A stretch of DNA of 64,000 nt, taken from IMG/VR virus record IMGVR_UViG_3300021961_000019; one strand, given 5' to 3'. This DNA is from a virus. Shown piece by piece: positions 25,973 through 35,745 of this stretch. The stretch's first letter is position 1. Each line of letters opens with the position of its first letter. Position numbers and translations under genes: made by a program. The notes under the pieces were generated by a model that was not told the DNA's origin, did no database searches, and saw only the letters and a program-made list of their open reading frames with translations.

Positions 25973-26010
25973 ATCTAATCCTAATTTGAATTAAAAGTCT
26001 GTTCTATTTA

Positions 26011-27678
26011 TTAGATCTCTCCGCCAGAAGGAGGTTCAAATTTAGATGCATCTGCTTCCATATCCGGTTCCATAACCGGACTTCCCAAATCAGGTTGCAT
26101 CGATGGATCCATAGGTTGCCCTGTTGCAGGATCTATAGGTGCATTTGGATCTGGAATTTCACCATTTTCAATTTCCTTAGTGATGATTTTATCTTGCTCT
26201 ATAATTTCCTCATCATTTTGACGAAGAATTTGCTTTCTGACATAATCCTTGGAGAAATACTTGCCAACATAAGGTTCTGCAGTAGCAACCAAGTTGAGTC
26301 TTTCTGTTAGAATTTCCGCATCCTTCAATTCTGAGAAGTGATTGTCATATAGGAAATCGTATTGAATATGTTGCGCCATCTTATCCCAATCTTCTGGTGT
26401 GATGATGTTCTTCAGAATGAGTTGTGTCTTAAGAATATCATTAAACATATTTGAGAATCTCATTCTCAAACGACCAACAAATTTGGTGAACTTAAGTTCA
26501 TCTCTCAAAATTTCCGATGATCTGCCAAGATTAAATCCACTATCACCATCCATTCTGGATGATGGGACATTCAGGGAGCGGAACAACTTCTTCTTGAAGT
26601 ATTCAATATCGGTAATTTCTCCAAGATTTTGGCCACCTGGGAGAGTTGTGATTTCAGTTCCTCTTCCACCTTCTCTACGTGGAAGCCAGAAATCTTCTAG
26701 CATACTCATATACTTCTTATCATCACGGATTTCTCCTGTAGATGCATCGTATACAAGTTTGTTTCTATATCTCATCATCACATCGCGCAGATACTGCTCT
26801 GCCTTTACCTTTGGAAGGTTGCCAACGTCAATATAGAAAATTCTTCTTTCTGGTGCGCGTGACAGACGATAGATCACAAGACTATCCTCAATCATTCTAA
26901 GTTGATTGAGGGACTTAATTGCTTTATGAAGATATGATAAGCAAATGCCCTTATTCCTATCAATCAGACCCGAGTTGCAATATGCGATTGCATCTCTTGT
27001 GATCTTAATTCCACCTTCTCCACCCATAGATGCTGGGTTTTGTGATGGATAATTTCTTTGTGGATTGTAGATAAAATACTCATCAATCTGAGGGAATTCG
27101 TAGTTCAAAGGATCCCCCATATCCTTTTGTCTATAATTGATTGCTTTTTGATTATTATCTTCCTTTCTCTGCTGACGGACATAACGAATCTTCATGGAAT
27201 CAATATATCTCAATTCCTGAATACCCTCATGGGGGTTTTTAAAATCAATCACCTTGTGGTAATAGATTCTACCATCAACATACCAGTTTCTATAAATTTC
27301 ATGGCACTTTTTGTTAAAGTCAAGAAGACTTAGAATGTGCTTAAATTCTTCTCTAATTTTTTTCTTAATACCATCACTTGCATTAAGATTTGAGAGTTCA
27401 ATCTTAACAGGAACATCATTCGAATCTGAAACGATTGCTTCATTCACAATATCTTCAATTGCACTATCACACTCTGGATGAAGTGCCATTTCACGATATC
27501 TTTTAATGAGATCAAACTCGGTTCTATAGACTCCCTCAATATCTACATAAGACCCAAAAAATCCACTAGTCAGATAATGATCAACCCCATCCTCAGAATT
27601 TTGAGGAACAGGGGACACCGCACTAGGGGATAATTTATCAGAATCGTCTTCAAGAGAAAAACCAAACAAACGTGTCAT
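26011..27678 (-). CDS. g20: Portal protein gp20
   Basis: YREMALHPECDSAIEDIVNE, WYVDGR, MIEDSLVIYRLSRAPERRIFYIDVGNLPK.KAEQY, EDFWLPRREGGRGTEI. Confidence 0.99.
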   Translation of the reverse strand: MTRLFGFSLEDDSDKLSPSAVSPVPQNSEDGVDHYLTSGFFGSYVDIEGVYRTEFDLIKRYREMALHPECDSAIEDIVNEAIVSDSNDVPVKIELSNLNASDGIKKKIREEFKHILSLLDFNKKCHEIYRNWYVDGRIYYHKVIDFKNPHEGIQELRYIDSMKIRYVRQQRKEDNNQKAINYRQKDMGDPLNYEFPQIDEYFIYNPQRNYPSQNPASMGGEGGIKITRDAIAYCNSGLIDRNKGICLSYLHKAIKSLNQLRMIEDSLVIYRLSRAPERRIFYIDVGNLPKVKAEQYLRDVMMRYRNKLVYDASTGEIRDDKKYMSMLEDFWLPRREGGRGTEITTLPGGQNLGEITDIEYFKKKLFRSLNVPSSRMDGDSGFNLGRSSEILRDELKFTKFVGRLRMRFSNMFNDILKTQLILKNIITPEDWDKMAQHIQYDFLYDNHFSELKDAEILTERLNLVATAEPYVGKYFSKDYVRKQILRQNDEEIIEQDKIITKEIENGEIPDPNAPIDPATGQPMDPSMQPDLGSPVMEPDMEADASKFEPPSGGEI

Positions 27679-27716
27679 TATTAGAGAATGAATTGATCTC
27701 TTCTATTTATGAACAT

Positions 27717-27744
27717 AAAAAAAGACCCCCCTTGCGGAGGGTCT
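27717..27744 (-). terminator. g19 terminator (GCAA tetraloop)
   Basis: AGACCCTCC-GCAA-GGGGGGTCT plus U-tract; near copy of the g23 terminator. Confidence 0.9.
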
Positions 27745-27759
27745 GAATGTTTTGGTGAA

Positions 27760-28374
27760 TCAAGCACCAGCACCAGCAGCTTCTGGGTAGAAGTATTGAA
27801 CTTGCAGTTCTACTGTGAACTCCTCAAGAGTATCTGTTGACTCATAGGAGAGGTCAATTGCAGAAACATTAGTTGGGAATACATCCACGAACTGGTATTG
27901 TGCCAGAATTTCAGCATTTCCACTATCGGTTGCATTGCCCTGTTGTACAACAGGTGCTCTACCAAGCTGGAAGACCTTTGCCATGCCCATGTAATCGGCA
28001 GGATTGGTGAGACCAGAGTGATCGCCATACTGAGCGACGTTCTGCATCCATGCTTCGAAGGATCTTCTGTGACTGAAGTTCTCATCGTTGATGACTGTGA
28101 TGGTCCAGGTGTCGAAGGTTCTGTCTCCAGCAACCTTCAGAATACGACCTCTGAATGGAACATCAACGGGAGCAACGTTAGAAGCTGGCAGAGCAGCTGC
28201 CTTGCACAGGAATCTGAAGTTGTTGGCGTCGAATGTGCCACCACCATCACCTTGAACGCCCAGATTAACTCCGGTTGGGAAAGTTACGTCAACCTCAAAG
28301 AGGTTGGGGCGGGCACCGCCGCCAACCAATTGAGACTTAAATTGTGATACGCCTCTGACTGGAATAGTTGCCAT
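27760..28374 (-). CDS. g19: Tail tube protein gp19
   Basis: GGGARPNLFEV, FLCKAA.LP.S.V....V.FRGR.LK.AGDRTF..WT.TVIND, FP..VS.IDLS. Confidence 0.96.
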   Translation of the reverse strand: MATIPVRGVSQFKSQLVGGGARPNLFEVDVTFPTGVNLGVQGDGGGTFDANNFRFLCKAAALPASNVAPVDVPFRGRILKVAGDRTFDTWTITVINDENFSHRRSFEAWMQNVAQYGDHSGLTNPADYMGMAKVFQLGRAPVVQQGNATDSGNAEILAQYQFVDVFPTNVSAIDLSYESTDTLEEFTVELQVQYFYPEAAGAGA

Positions 28375-28421
28375 TTTTTAAATCCTCTTGCTGTAGTTTG
28401 TGATATGGTTTACAGTTAAAA

Positions 28422-30608
28422 TCAAACGGTGCCTGCAACCTCTTCGAAGTCAACTCCGGTGCGAGTTGCTACGAAGGTCAGGGTTACATAGTTAATGGAC
28501 TTAGCAGGCTTCAGGAAGATGTCTGCTCTGAACTCGTTATTGTCAATAACGTCAGGTGTGTTGTTTGTCTCATCGCAAACTACAAGGAATCCATACAGAC
28601 CACGCTTCGCTTGAACATCGCGGAGATAAGGTTCTACGATGTTTACGAAGTTTGCTCTTGTAATTTGGTCATTCAGTTCGAAGAGTTGTGCCTGAGCGGA
28701 TCTCTCAAGTGCTTGCTCCACGGTAAGGAACAGACGACGAACGTTAATTCTATCGAATGCGGATGAATATCCGAGAGCAGTCTTATCACCGAAGAGAAGA
28801 ATACCAATTCCTGGTTGGTTCACAATCGCGTTTACACGTTGTGGATACAGGCGGTCTCTTTGTGCCTTATTAGGATTATAAGCAAGTTTGATTGCGTTGT
28901 TCAGAATGCCTCTTTGCTGACCCGCTGGTGAGAACCAAGGATATGCAAAGATGCTAGTTCTTACACACAGACCGGCAACGTCTGCGTTACATGGAATCCA
29001 GCGGAATCTGTTGTTGAAGCGGTCATACATGTACTTATAACCACTGTCAAATGTCACGTATGAAGAAGATCCAAGTGAGCTGAAGAACTCAATTACGTTG
29101 TCAGTTTGAGTATTTGTATTTGTCAGATCAACAACGTCTTCACGGTGAGGTGAAATCATCGCCATGCAATCCTTTCTCAGGTTTGCAACAGAGATTAGGT
29201 GATTTGCCTTGGCCTGTGATTCATCCTTATAAAGGCAACCAGGACCCATGATTAGGTAATCAACCGCGATTTCGTCTCTGTTGGCGAAGAGTTCGTAACC
29301 AGTAATTAGGTCTCCAAGTTCTGCCTTCATACCACCAGCAGCAGAGTAGTCAACACCACCAGTAAGGTTGTATGTGACATTACCGATAGAGCTGAAGTTG
29401 AGGCTCTGTACATCGCGGTTCCAGGAACCATCAGACTCGGTGATTGGATTCCATCCACCAAGAGTATCAAATCCGTTTGCTCTTGGAGTTGTATCGTGAT
29501 ATGTGTCTACACCAGTTGATGGGTTGTCACCAACAAACAGATAGTCGGAGAATTGTGCGATATACTCCTTCCAGAAGATCTTCTGAGGCGAGTTGACTGC
29601 AGAGATGCAATCTTTTGCCTTGGAGATGTTAATGTGCTTCTCTAGGAGGTTTCCGGTGATGCCTGTTACGGTTCCGCTGTCATCGATGACAACAACGTGC
29701 ATCGCGTCGTTCTTACCTCTTCTATCAGAAGCGTAGCGGTTTGTTTGTGGTTTTGGAGCAATAGATCTCCAGTAGATCGATGCGTTTGTGAGTTCAAGTT
29801 TCTGGGACTCGTACCAATCAGTAACCTCAGCAGCAATAAATCCAGTACCAACTCCAGCACCAGAGTTATTGACGAAGCTCAGGGAGTCATTCTTGAGGTA
29901 TGAAGCAACTCTAGAGAACTCTGCATAAGAAATTGCAGTTGCGACTCCAGCAGAAGTTACTCTCTCAACGATCTTAACATCGATGGTGCTGTTGCCAGTT
30001 GCGGCAGTTGTAACACCAGTAATGATGCCCTTCACATAACCGGTGAAGAGTTCTGTAGCACCAACACCAGCGAATACGCTATTGATGCCAACGGTTACAC
30101 CATAACCGATCAGAGCACCAGCAGCGCCAAGGTCAGCAGTAGCAATACCGATGGTCTGGTCTGCCAGATCGTCGATCATGCAAACTTTAAGGTTGTTTGC
30201 CCAAGATCCAGGGTTCTTCGCAGCAAAGACATAATCGGCAATATCATCTGCCCAATTTGCCTCATAGTCGTCAAAGTTCTTGATCTTTACTGTGGTGTTT
30301 GCAGCACCAACACCAGCATTAGCATTGTTAAGTGCTCCACCATCTGCTCTTACGACTTTAAGAATGCCGCCATAAGAGAGGAATGATGAGCAGCTCAGCC
30401 AATACTCATACTGTGCATCAGTAGAAAGTGGCTTACCGAAGTTCTTGATGAGATCCTGCTCGGTAAAGATGTCAATTGGGTCTTCAACTGGACCGATTGC
30501 AAAGGGACCCGCAATTGCTCCAATATTATCTAAAACATTATCAGCTCTTCCTACTGTTAAGTCAACCTCCCTAATCAATACGCCGGGAGACAATTGAGGA
30601 GTCGCCAT
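28422..30608 (-). CDS. g18: Tail sheath protein gp18
   Basis: SPGVLIREVDLT, PWFSPAG..RG, GDKT......AFDRINVRRLF, KSINY.TLTFVATRTG. Confidence 0.98.
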   Translation of the reverse strand: MATPQLSPGVLIREVDLTVGRADNVLDNIGAIAGPFAIGPVEDPIDIFTEQDLIKNFGKPLSTDAQYEYWLSCSSFLSYGGILKVVRADGGALNNANAGVGAANTTVKIKNFDDYEANWADDIADYVFAAKNPGSWANNLKVCMIDDLADQTIGIATADLGAAGALIGYGVTVGINSVFAGVGATELFTGYVKGIITGVTTAATGNSTIDVKIVERVTSAGVATAISYAEFSRVASYLKNDSLSFVNNSGAGVGTGFIAAEVTDWYESQKLELTNASIYWRSIAPKPQTNRYASDRRGKNDAMHVVVIDDSGTVTGITGNLLEKHINISKAKDCISAVNSPQKIFWKEYIAQFSDYLFVGDNPSTGVDTYHDTTPRANGFDTLGGWNPITESDGSWNRDVQSLNFSSIGNVTYNLTGGVDYSAAGGMKAELGDLITGYELFANRDEIAVDYLIMGPGCLYKDESQAKANHLISVANLRKDCMAMISPHREDVVDLTNTNTQTDNVIEFFSSLGSSSYVTFDSGYKYMYDRFNNRFRWIPCNADVAGLCVRTSIFAYPWFSPAGQQRGILNNAIKLAYNPNKAQRDRLYPQRVNAIVNQPGIGILLFGDKTALGYSSAFDRINVRRLFLTVEQALERSAQAQLFELNDQITRANFVNIVEPYLRDVQAKRGLYGFLVVCDETNNTPDVIDNNEFRADIFLKPAKSINYVTLTFVATRTGVDFEEVAGTV

Positions 30609-30664
30609 GTTTTTTTGCTCCTTGAAACTCAGATATTTCTAAAAATATTTATTAATTTGAACAT

Positions 30665-32314
30665 TTACATGTAGTCCCACATGTGTGCCATGTCTCCATA
30701 CTCGTCTGTAAACCATCTATCGCCATTTTCATCAACGAAACTTCCGTCTTCTGTTCCATCAACAATAAACCCAAAAGGAGCCATGTCCTGTTCTATCTGA
30801 TTTTTCTGCTCTTCATATAAACGCTTTCTCACATCTTGATCAGTTAGTTCCTTAAAGTAGTCTTGTGCAACTAACCAAGCATAGATCACCAAGCACATTG
30901 CCAGGTCATCATTACACCCCTCTTCTGCCTCAAAGGAGTTGTGTTTCTGAATGAATGTGGTTAATTCACTCATAATATCATAATCCCAGAATAGAAGTTT
31001 ATCTTCTTCTATCATGGTCTTGAGATTGAGTGATCCAACCTTCTTCACGGTCTTGGACATTTTCACACCCATCTGGGTCTTCTTTCCAGAAAATCCCTGA
31101 CCAACAATCTGTCCAGCTCTACCACGCATCGAGCACATGAGTATGTTCTGATACTCCAGATCGTAGTGTAGAATGCTGGCAACCTGATCTCCAACATCAT
31201 TCACTTCACACAAAATATATGCATTATTATAGTTCTTCGCGACTTCATAAATGACGCTTGGAAACAGCATCGGTTTAATATCATTATTCCTATACTTGGC
31301 AACAACCTTATGTGGGAATGTTGTGATATCAACCACAACAAATGCCGAGTAATCCTTACTGACACCTCTTGCAACATCAACTGTAATCAAATAGTCATTA
31401 TTTTTTACCGCATCATAATATACATCCAATCCACTACTACTGGTTTGTGGCGTCTCATAGATGAGAGAACGTAGTTTACTTGGCGCAATAAGAGTATCAA
31501 CAGATCCAAGAAATTCACATTCAAACTCAACTTTGAATTGTGCTTCCGATGTATTTGCAATGGTCTGTGCTTTCCATTCACTATCGCGCCCAGGAACTTC
31601 TGACCAATGAACATCTGTTGGCACGTATTCATTCTTTCCGCGTTCGGCATCGTGCCACATGCGGTAGAAGTGATTCATACCATGTGGCGTTGATACAATA
31701 ATAACCTTCGTAGATTTACCTGAGGTAATTGTTGGATATACCGACGCAAAGAATGAATCTGCGATGTGATTTGGAACGAATGCAAATTCGTCCAGGAATA
31801 GAATGTTGAAAGACATTCCTCGGACGGCAGATGCTGACGTGGATGCTGCTAGGATCTTTGATCCATTCTCTAATTCTAAGGACCCCCTGTTCCACGACAA
31901 GATGCCTTGTTGCATCCACTTGGGCAAATTCTCATAAGCAATCTGCAACCTACCCAAAAGTTCCCTAGCAGTTGCTGCTTTGTTTGCCAGAATGCCAATA
32001 TTTACACTGTCATTAAATACCGCATAGTGAAGAAGAAATGACACCACAGTGGTAGATTTACCAGTCTGTCGGGGCATCTTACAGATATTAAATCTATGAT
32101 CATGAAAATTTTGTATCAGTTTCTGCTGAAACGGATACATTTTAAATGGTTGCAAACCATGATCAAGAGTTACGATCTGGATGTAATTTTGCGTAAAGTA
32201 TACCGGATCTTCTTTACACTTGATGAACTCAAGAATCTGGTCTTGAGTGAATTCCATCTGGGTATTAGCCTTTTTAAGATTAGGGTTCCCCAGGTATATG
32301 TCATGCCCCGCCAT
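30665..32314 (-). CDS. g17: Terminase large subunit gp17
   Basis: YLGNPNLK, MPRQTGKST, FLDEFAFVP, STPHG.NHFY, DDLAM; 549 aa, no intein. Confidence 0.98.
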   Translation of the reverse strand: MAGHDIYLGNPNLKKANTQMEFTQDQILEFIKCKEDPVYFTQNYIQIVTLDHGLQPFKMYPFQQKLIQNFHDHRFNICKMPRQTGKSTTVVSFLLHYAVFNDSVNIGILANKAATARELLGRLQIAYENLPKWMQQGILSWNRGSLELENGSKILAASTSASAVRGMSFNILFLDEFAFVPNHIADSFFASVYPTITSGKSTKVIIVSTPHGMNHFYRMWHDAERGKNEYVPTDVHWSEVPGRDSEWKAQTIANTSEAQFKVEFECEFLGSVDTLIAPSKLRSLIYETPQTSSSGLDVYYDAVKNNDYLITVDVARGVSKDYSAFVVVDITTFPHKVVAKYRNNDIKPMLFPSVIYEVAKNYNNAYILCEVNDVGDQVASILHYDLEYQNILMCSMRGRAGQIVGQGFSGKKTQMGVKMSKTVKKVGSLNLKTMIEEDKLLFWDYDIMSELTTFIQKHNSFEAEEGCNDDLAMCLVIYAWLVAQDYFKELTDQDVRKRLYEEQKNQIEQDMAPFGFIVDGTEDGSFVDENGDRWFTDEYGDMAHMWDYM

Positions 32315-32402
32315 AATAACTTACAAACTCTCCACAAAAACTTGTATAATGTATATCGTCTAAAAATCGAACTAATCAGAACAAAGGTTAAGAGTAGTTC
32401 TT

Positions 32403-33533
32403 CTACCATTTAACTTTGTTTGCCCAGTATGCAGCACTCATCTTTCCTTTTGCAATATTCTTTGCATGTCTAGTTTGGAATCTATGGCGACGACTTGCAT
32501 ATTCTTTAGATTCTCCCTCTTTCTTTGGAGATCCCTTCACTCCCCTTTGACCGAAGCGAATAATCTTTTCCTTGCCATCCGCACATGCCTTTACAACATG
32601 CGACTTTCCGGTTTCTCCAGAACCGTGGGATTGTGCCTTTGGCTTGTTACATGCCATAGCATCCTTATCAATACCCTCACGCACCTGTAGGAGCATTCCG
32701 GGATTGAAGTCTGTAACCTTATATCTAATCAATCTGCAACCAGGATATACCTTATTAATCTGATCTAACACTTGCTTTCTTGTTGGGAACTTTGCCTGAG
32801 CAAAGAACATCTTATGAACAAAGTTTCTTCCTCTCCAATAAACCTCAACGAAAACGAGATTTCCTACTGCAGCATCCAAGCGACGAATTGCTTCCTTGAT
32901 TTCTTCTGAACATACACAAGGATTACGCTCACATACTGGGCAAATATCACACTTGCATTCTTTCTTACCACACTTTTCACACTCTCCACAATTTTCACAT
33001 TCTTCCTTCACTTTTATTTGAGTATACACTCTCTTCTTACCATCTGGAGATGGGACAAACTCACCAAAATCACCAGCAGATGGATCATTCTTATCTACAT
33101 CACCATCAACATCAACATCAACTCTCTTTACTGCTTTTTTTACTAAGGACTTTAAATTTCTATCTGGAATTTCGTGTGGAGCATGAATTTTGAGTTTTCC
33201 CCCAGCGGTTCCTGCTGGTGTTCCCTGATCCTTTTTATCTACATCACTATCAACATCGGTGTCAATTCTCCCAACTGCCTTCTTAACAAGAGACGCTAGA
33301 TTTGATTTGGGAACTTCATGAACTCCATGAACCTTGGACTTTTGTTCATCCATGGCCATTCTAATCATTCTGGATTGATTTTCCAATCTATCTCTTTTAT
33401 CACAATTACCCCTCTTTTCACAACCAACTTCTTTTTGAGCCTCCATATCCTTATCAAATGCCTTAAGAGACATCTTCTCTTTTGGAAGTGGCTTCTTTGC
33501 TTCGTGAATATTGTTGGATTTATCGTAGGTCAT
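32403..33533 (-). CDS. Modular late protein (DxDxDG repeats, Cys cluster, basic C-terminal domain)
   Basis: Two KSL.KKAV.R.D.DVD.DVDK.D repeats; 10 Cys in 30 aa; C-terminal IIRFG...RF..RH...SAAYWA..KW; TAAATA upstream. Confidence 0.8.
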   Translation of the reverse strand: MTYDKSNNIHEAKKPLPKEKMSLKAFDKDMEAQKEVGCEKRGNCDKRDRLENQSRMIRMAMDEQKSKVHGVHEVPKSNLASLVKKAVGRIDTDVDSDVDKKDQGTPAGTAGGKLKIHAPHEIPDRNLKSLVKKAVKRVDVDVDGDVDKNDPSAGDFGEFVPSPDGKKRVYTQIKVKEECENCGECEKCGKKECKCDICPVCERNPCVCSEEIKEAIRRLDAAVGNLVFVEVYWRGRNFVHKMFFAQAKFPTRKQVLDQINKVYPGCRLIRYKVTDFNPGMLLQVREGIDKDAMACNKPKAQSHGSGETGKSHVVKACADGKEKIIRFGQRGVKGSPKKEGESKEYASRRHRFQTRHAKNIAKGKMSAAYWANKVKW

Positions 33534-33585
33534 TTTACCGATAATTTTGCCATATTAGTTATTTAGTAAATACTTACATGAGGGC

Positions 33586-33660
33586 TTGACAAGTTCTTAA
33601 ATACCCATTAGACTACCTTTGTTAGGGTTGATAGATGAGGTATAGCTTAGCTTTAAAGAC
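33586..33660 (+). repeat. Promoter-plus-leader element, copy 2
   Basis: TTGACA (33586-33591)-N17-TAGACT (33609-33614); 45/48 identical to copy 1. Confidence 0.8.
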
Positions 33661-33684
33661 ATGATACTTTGAGCATAAACTAAT

Positions 33685-34284
33685 ATGAAATCTAAATTTC
33701 TTGAGTTGGGATATCACTATATTCCTAATATTATCACTAAAAGTGAGGCAATTGCAATCAAATATCAGAATCTTTGTGATCTTCTGAAGGTGCATGGTAA
33801 TCTGCAGGGACAATATGATCCAGACAGGGGAAGAGTTTTAACCATATACACTCCTCCATCATGCACGTATATTATGCCAAGAGTTCATAAGATATTGGAA
33901 AATCTTTGTGGTGAGGAACTGCTTCCAACATATTGGTTCTCTACGACATATCATAATGGAGGTAGAATGAATTGTCACGTGGATAGGCCATCATGTGAGA
34001 TTTCTATTACTATGAATATCTGTGGAGATGCTAAGTGGCCAATCAAATTAAAGGACAAATCTGGCAAGGTTCAATCGGCAATAACTCCTCCCGGATATGG
34101 AGTTGCATATCTTGGAACAGAAGTTCAACATTGGAGAAGTCCATTAAGAACTCATGATAAAGATAAATTTATGCAACTATTTCTTCATTTCGTAAGAAAG
34201 AATGGACCATATGCTGATTATGCTTTTGATGGCCAAAAGTTCAATCATGAGAGATTGAAATATGCCTATGTCTCCTCATCATAA
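33685..34284 (+). CDS. 2OG-Fe(II) oxygenase-family protein; only supported + strand gene
   Basis: Y..G..M..HVDRPSCEIS.T, G.GV.Y.G....HWR, QLFLHFV; sigma70 promoter upstream. Confidence 0.8.
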   Translation: MKSKFLELGYHYIPNIITKSEAIAIKYQNLCDLLKVHGNLQGQYDPDRGRVLTIYTPPSCTYIMPRVHKILENLCGEELLPTYWFSTTYHNGGRMNCHVDRPSCEISITMNICGDAKWPIKLKDKSGKVQSAITPPGYGVAYLGTEVQHWRSPLRTHDKDKFMQLFLHFVRKNGPYADYAFDGQKFNHERLKYAYVSSS

Positions 34285-35063
34285 GCATCAGGTGCTTCAC
34301 TAAGAATATCTGATGGAGAATCTAGATCTTCAATTACCTTTTTATATTCATATAGAAGAAACCATCTTCGATATTGTCTTCTGATTACCAAATCCTTTCT
34401 AATCTGATATTGTGGATAATCTTGAGCAGGGAACGTTGGATTGCCATGAGTTTCTGGTGGTGGTGGAGGTAGTCTTTTTGGAAATCCAATATTCCCAAGA
34501 TTTACTATTATATTTCTCCAGTCCTTAAATTCCTGAGTTAATTCCTGAGGTACAGTAATCACACCCTCATCAATCAGATGTGAAACAAAATTATTAATTC
34601 GTGTATTTAATGTGGATTTAATATCATTTAATAGTGTAACTCTTCTTACATGCTGCATATCATCATGAGCAGATGTTATGCCGTTAAAAGTTTCCTGATC
34701 AATAACTTCTAAAGATGAGTATTGACTTAAATCATGTTCTTTGGTGTAAGTGACATTATATCTCAACACCTCATACACATTCCCTCTTATTGGACCCCAT
34801 GGAGTTGTGGTGGTAAATCCTGCATAAGTTACTATTCCAACTGAAATATCATTTTGAAGATTTTGTAGATTGCCCTCATCAACTATTTCTGTAAATTCAA
34901 AATTCTCCGGACATTGTGAAAGCATGTATGGATATCCATTCTCATCTTCCAGTACGTGTATCACATTCAAACCTTCAATTCTTTCATATCGAAGATCTCT
35001 TTTTGATCTGGAGGATGCTATTCCAACCTTGTTATCAATATAATAGTGTTTGATTAGTGTCAT
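34266..35063 (-). CDS. Hypothetical protein with C-terminal tail-fibre-assembly-chaperone-like segment
   Basis: FKDWRNIIVNLGNIGFPKRLPPPP resembles the W...R..L.D....FP..P motif of fibre chaperones (inference). Confidence 0.6.
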   Translation of the reverse strand: MTLIKHYYIDNKVGIASSRSKRDLRYERIEGLNVIHVLEDENGYPYMLSQCPENFEFTEIVDEGNLQNLQNDISVGIVTYAGFTTTTPWGPIRGNVYEVLRYNVTYTKEHDLSQYSSLEVIDQETFNGITSAHDDMQHVRRVTLLNDIKSTLNTRINNFVSHLIDEGVITVPQELTQEFKDWRNIIVNLGNIGFPKRLPPPPPETHGNPTFPAQDYPQYQIRKDLVIRRQYRRWFLLYEYKKVIEDLDSPSDILSEAPDAYDEET

Positions 35064-35716
35064 CGAATTTTGATTCCATACTTAGTTTCTATTTCTTGAT
35101 CGACCTCATCTAATGTTTTAACACCTTGAACTGTAAACCATGTGACCATAGAATAGCGAACACCTTTCGTTACTGGTTCTACTTGATGTAGATAATGTTG
35201 TGTGGAGGGGAAACAAATCATAAGTCCTGGTTCGGGTCTAATTCTGATCTTTAATTCTGGGAAAACCAATTCACCACCTTCAAAATCGTCATTCAAAAAT
35301 ATTACGCACGAAAGATCCCTATCAACTGATTTTTTCCATTGCATAGATCCATCTGGATTTCGCCACTTAGCAACACCGTCATAATGTGGTTTATAGTGCC
35401 CACCAACTTCATACTTCAACAGTTGTGGTGGCTCAGAATCTTTAATCTTAAATCCATAAAAGGGATTGATAATCCTATGAACTACATTGTGCAACAAATC
35501 GGTGAGTTCTGGAATAATACCCCCAATATCAATGGTTTTAGTATCCCGAATACGTTTGTCTACTTTTTCACATAGGTCTCCTGTTCCCATCTTTTCGGGG
35601 GCAAAAACACCGGCCGGTAGAGATGCCGTATCTCCTACATAGTCCATCATAAATTTCAACCCATCTCCATTAAGAACATGCGTCTGTATTAATATATTAC
35701 CAAGGAGATTATTCAT
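35060..35716 (-). CDS. Prolyl-4-hydroxylase-like 2OG-Fe(II) oxygenase
   Basis: LKY..GGHYKPHYD, LS.VIFLNDDFEGGEL.F, P.PG..I.FPS...YLHQVEPVTKG.RYS. Confidence 0.92.
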   Translation of the reverse strand: MNNLLGNILIQTHVLNGDGLKFMMDYVGDTASLPAGVFAPEKMGTGDLCEKVDKRIRDTKTIDIGGIIPELTDLLHNVVHRIINPFYGFKIKDSEPPQLLKYEVGGHYKPHYDGVAKWRNPDGSMQWKKSVDRDLSCVIFLNDDFEGGELVFPELKIRIRPEPGLMICFPSTQHYLHQVEPVTKGVRYSMVTWFTVQGVKTLDEVDQEIETKYGIKIR

Positions 35717-35745
35717 ACTATATTATAGCGATAGTTTATTTAGAC

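Noticed and set aside
19895-27744. Near-identical hairpins after g23 and g19 as a repeat family
   Set aside because: Explained as ordinary GCAA-tetraloop terminators of highly expressed genes.
32170-32409. 79-aa minus-strand ORF overlapping the g17 start
   Set aside because: Mostly out-of-frame overlap with g17. Its 5' part fills the 88-bp gap and could be real, but I have no RBS or family evidence.
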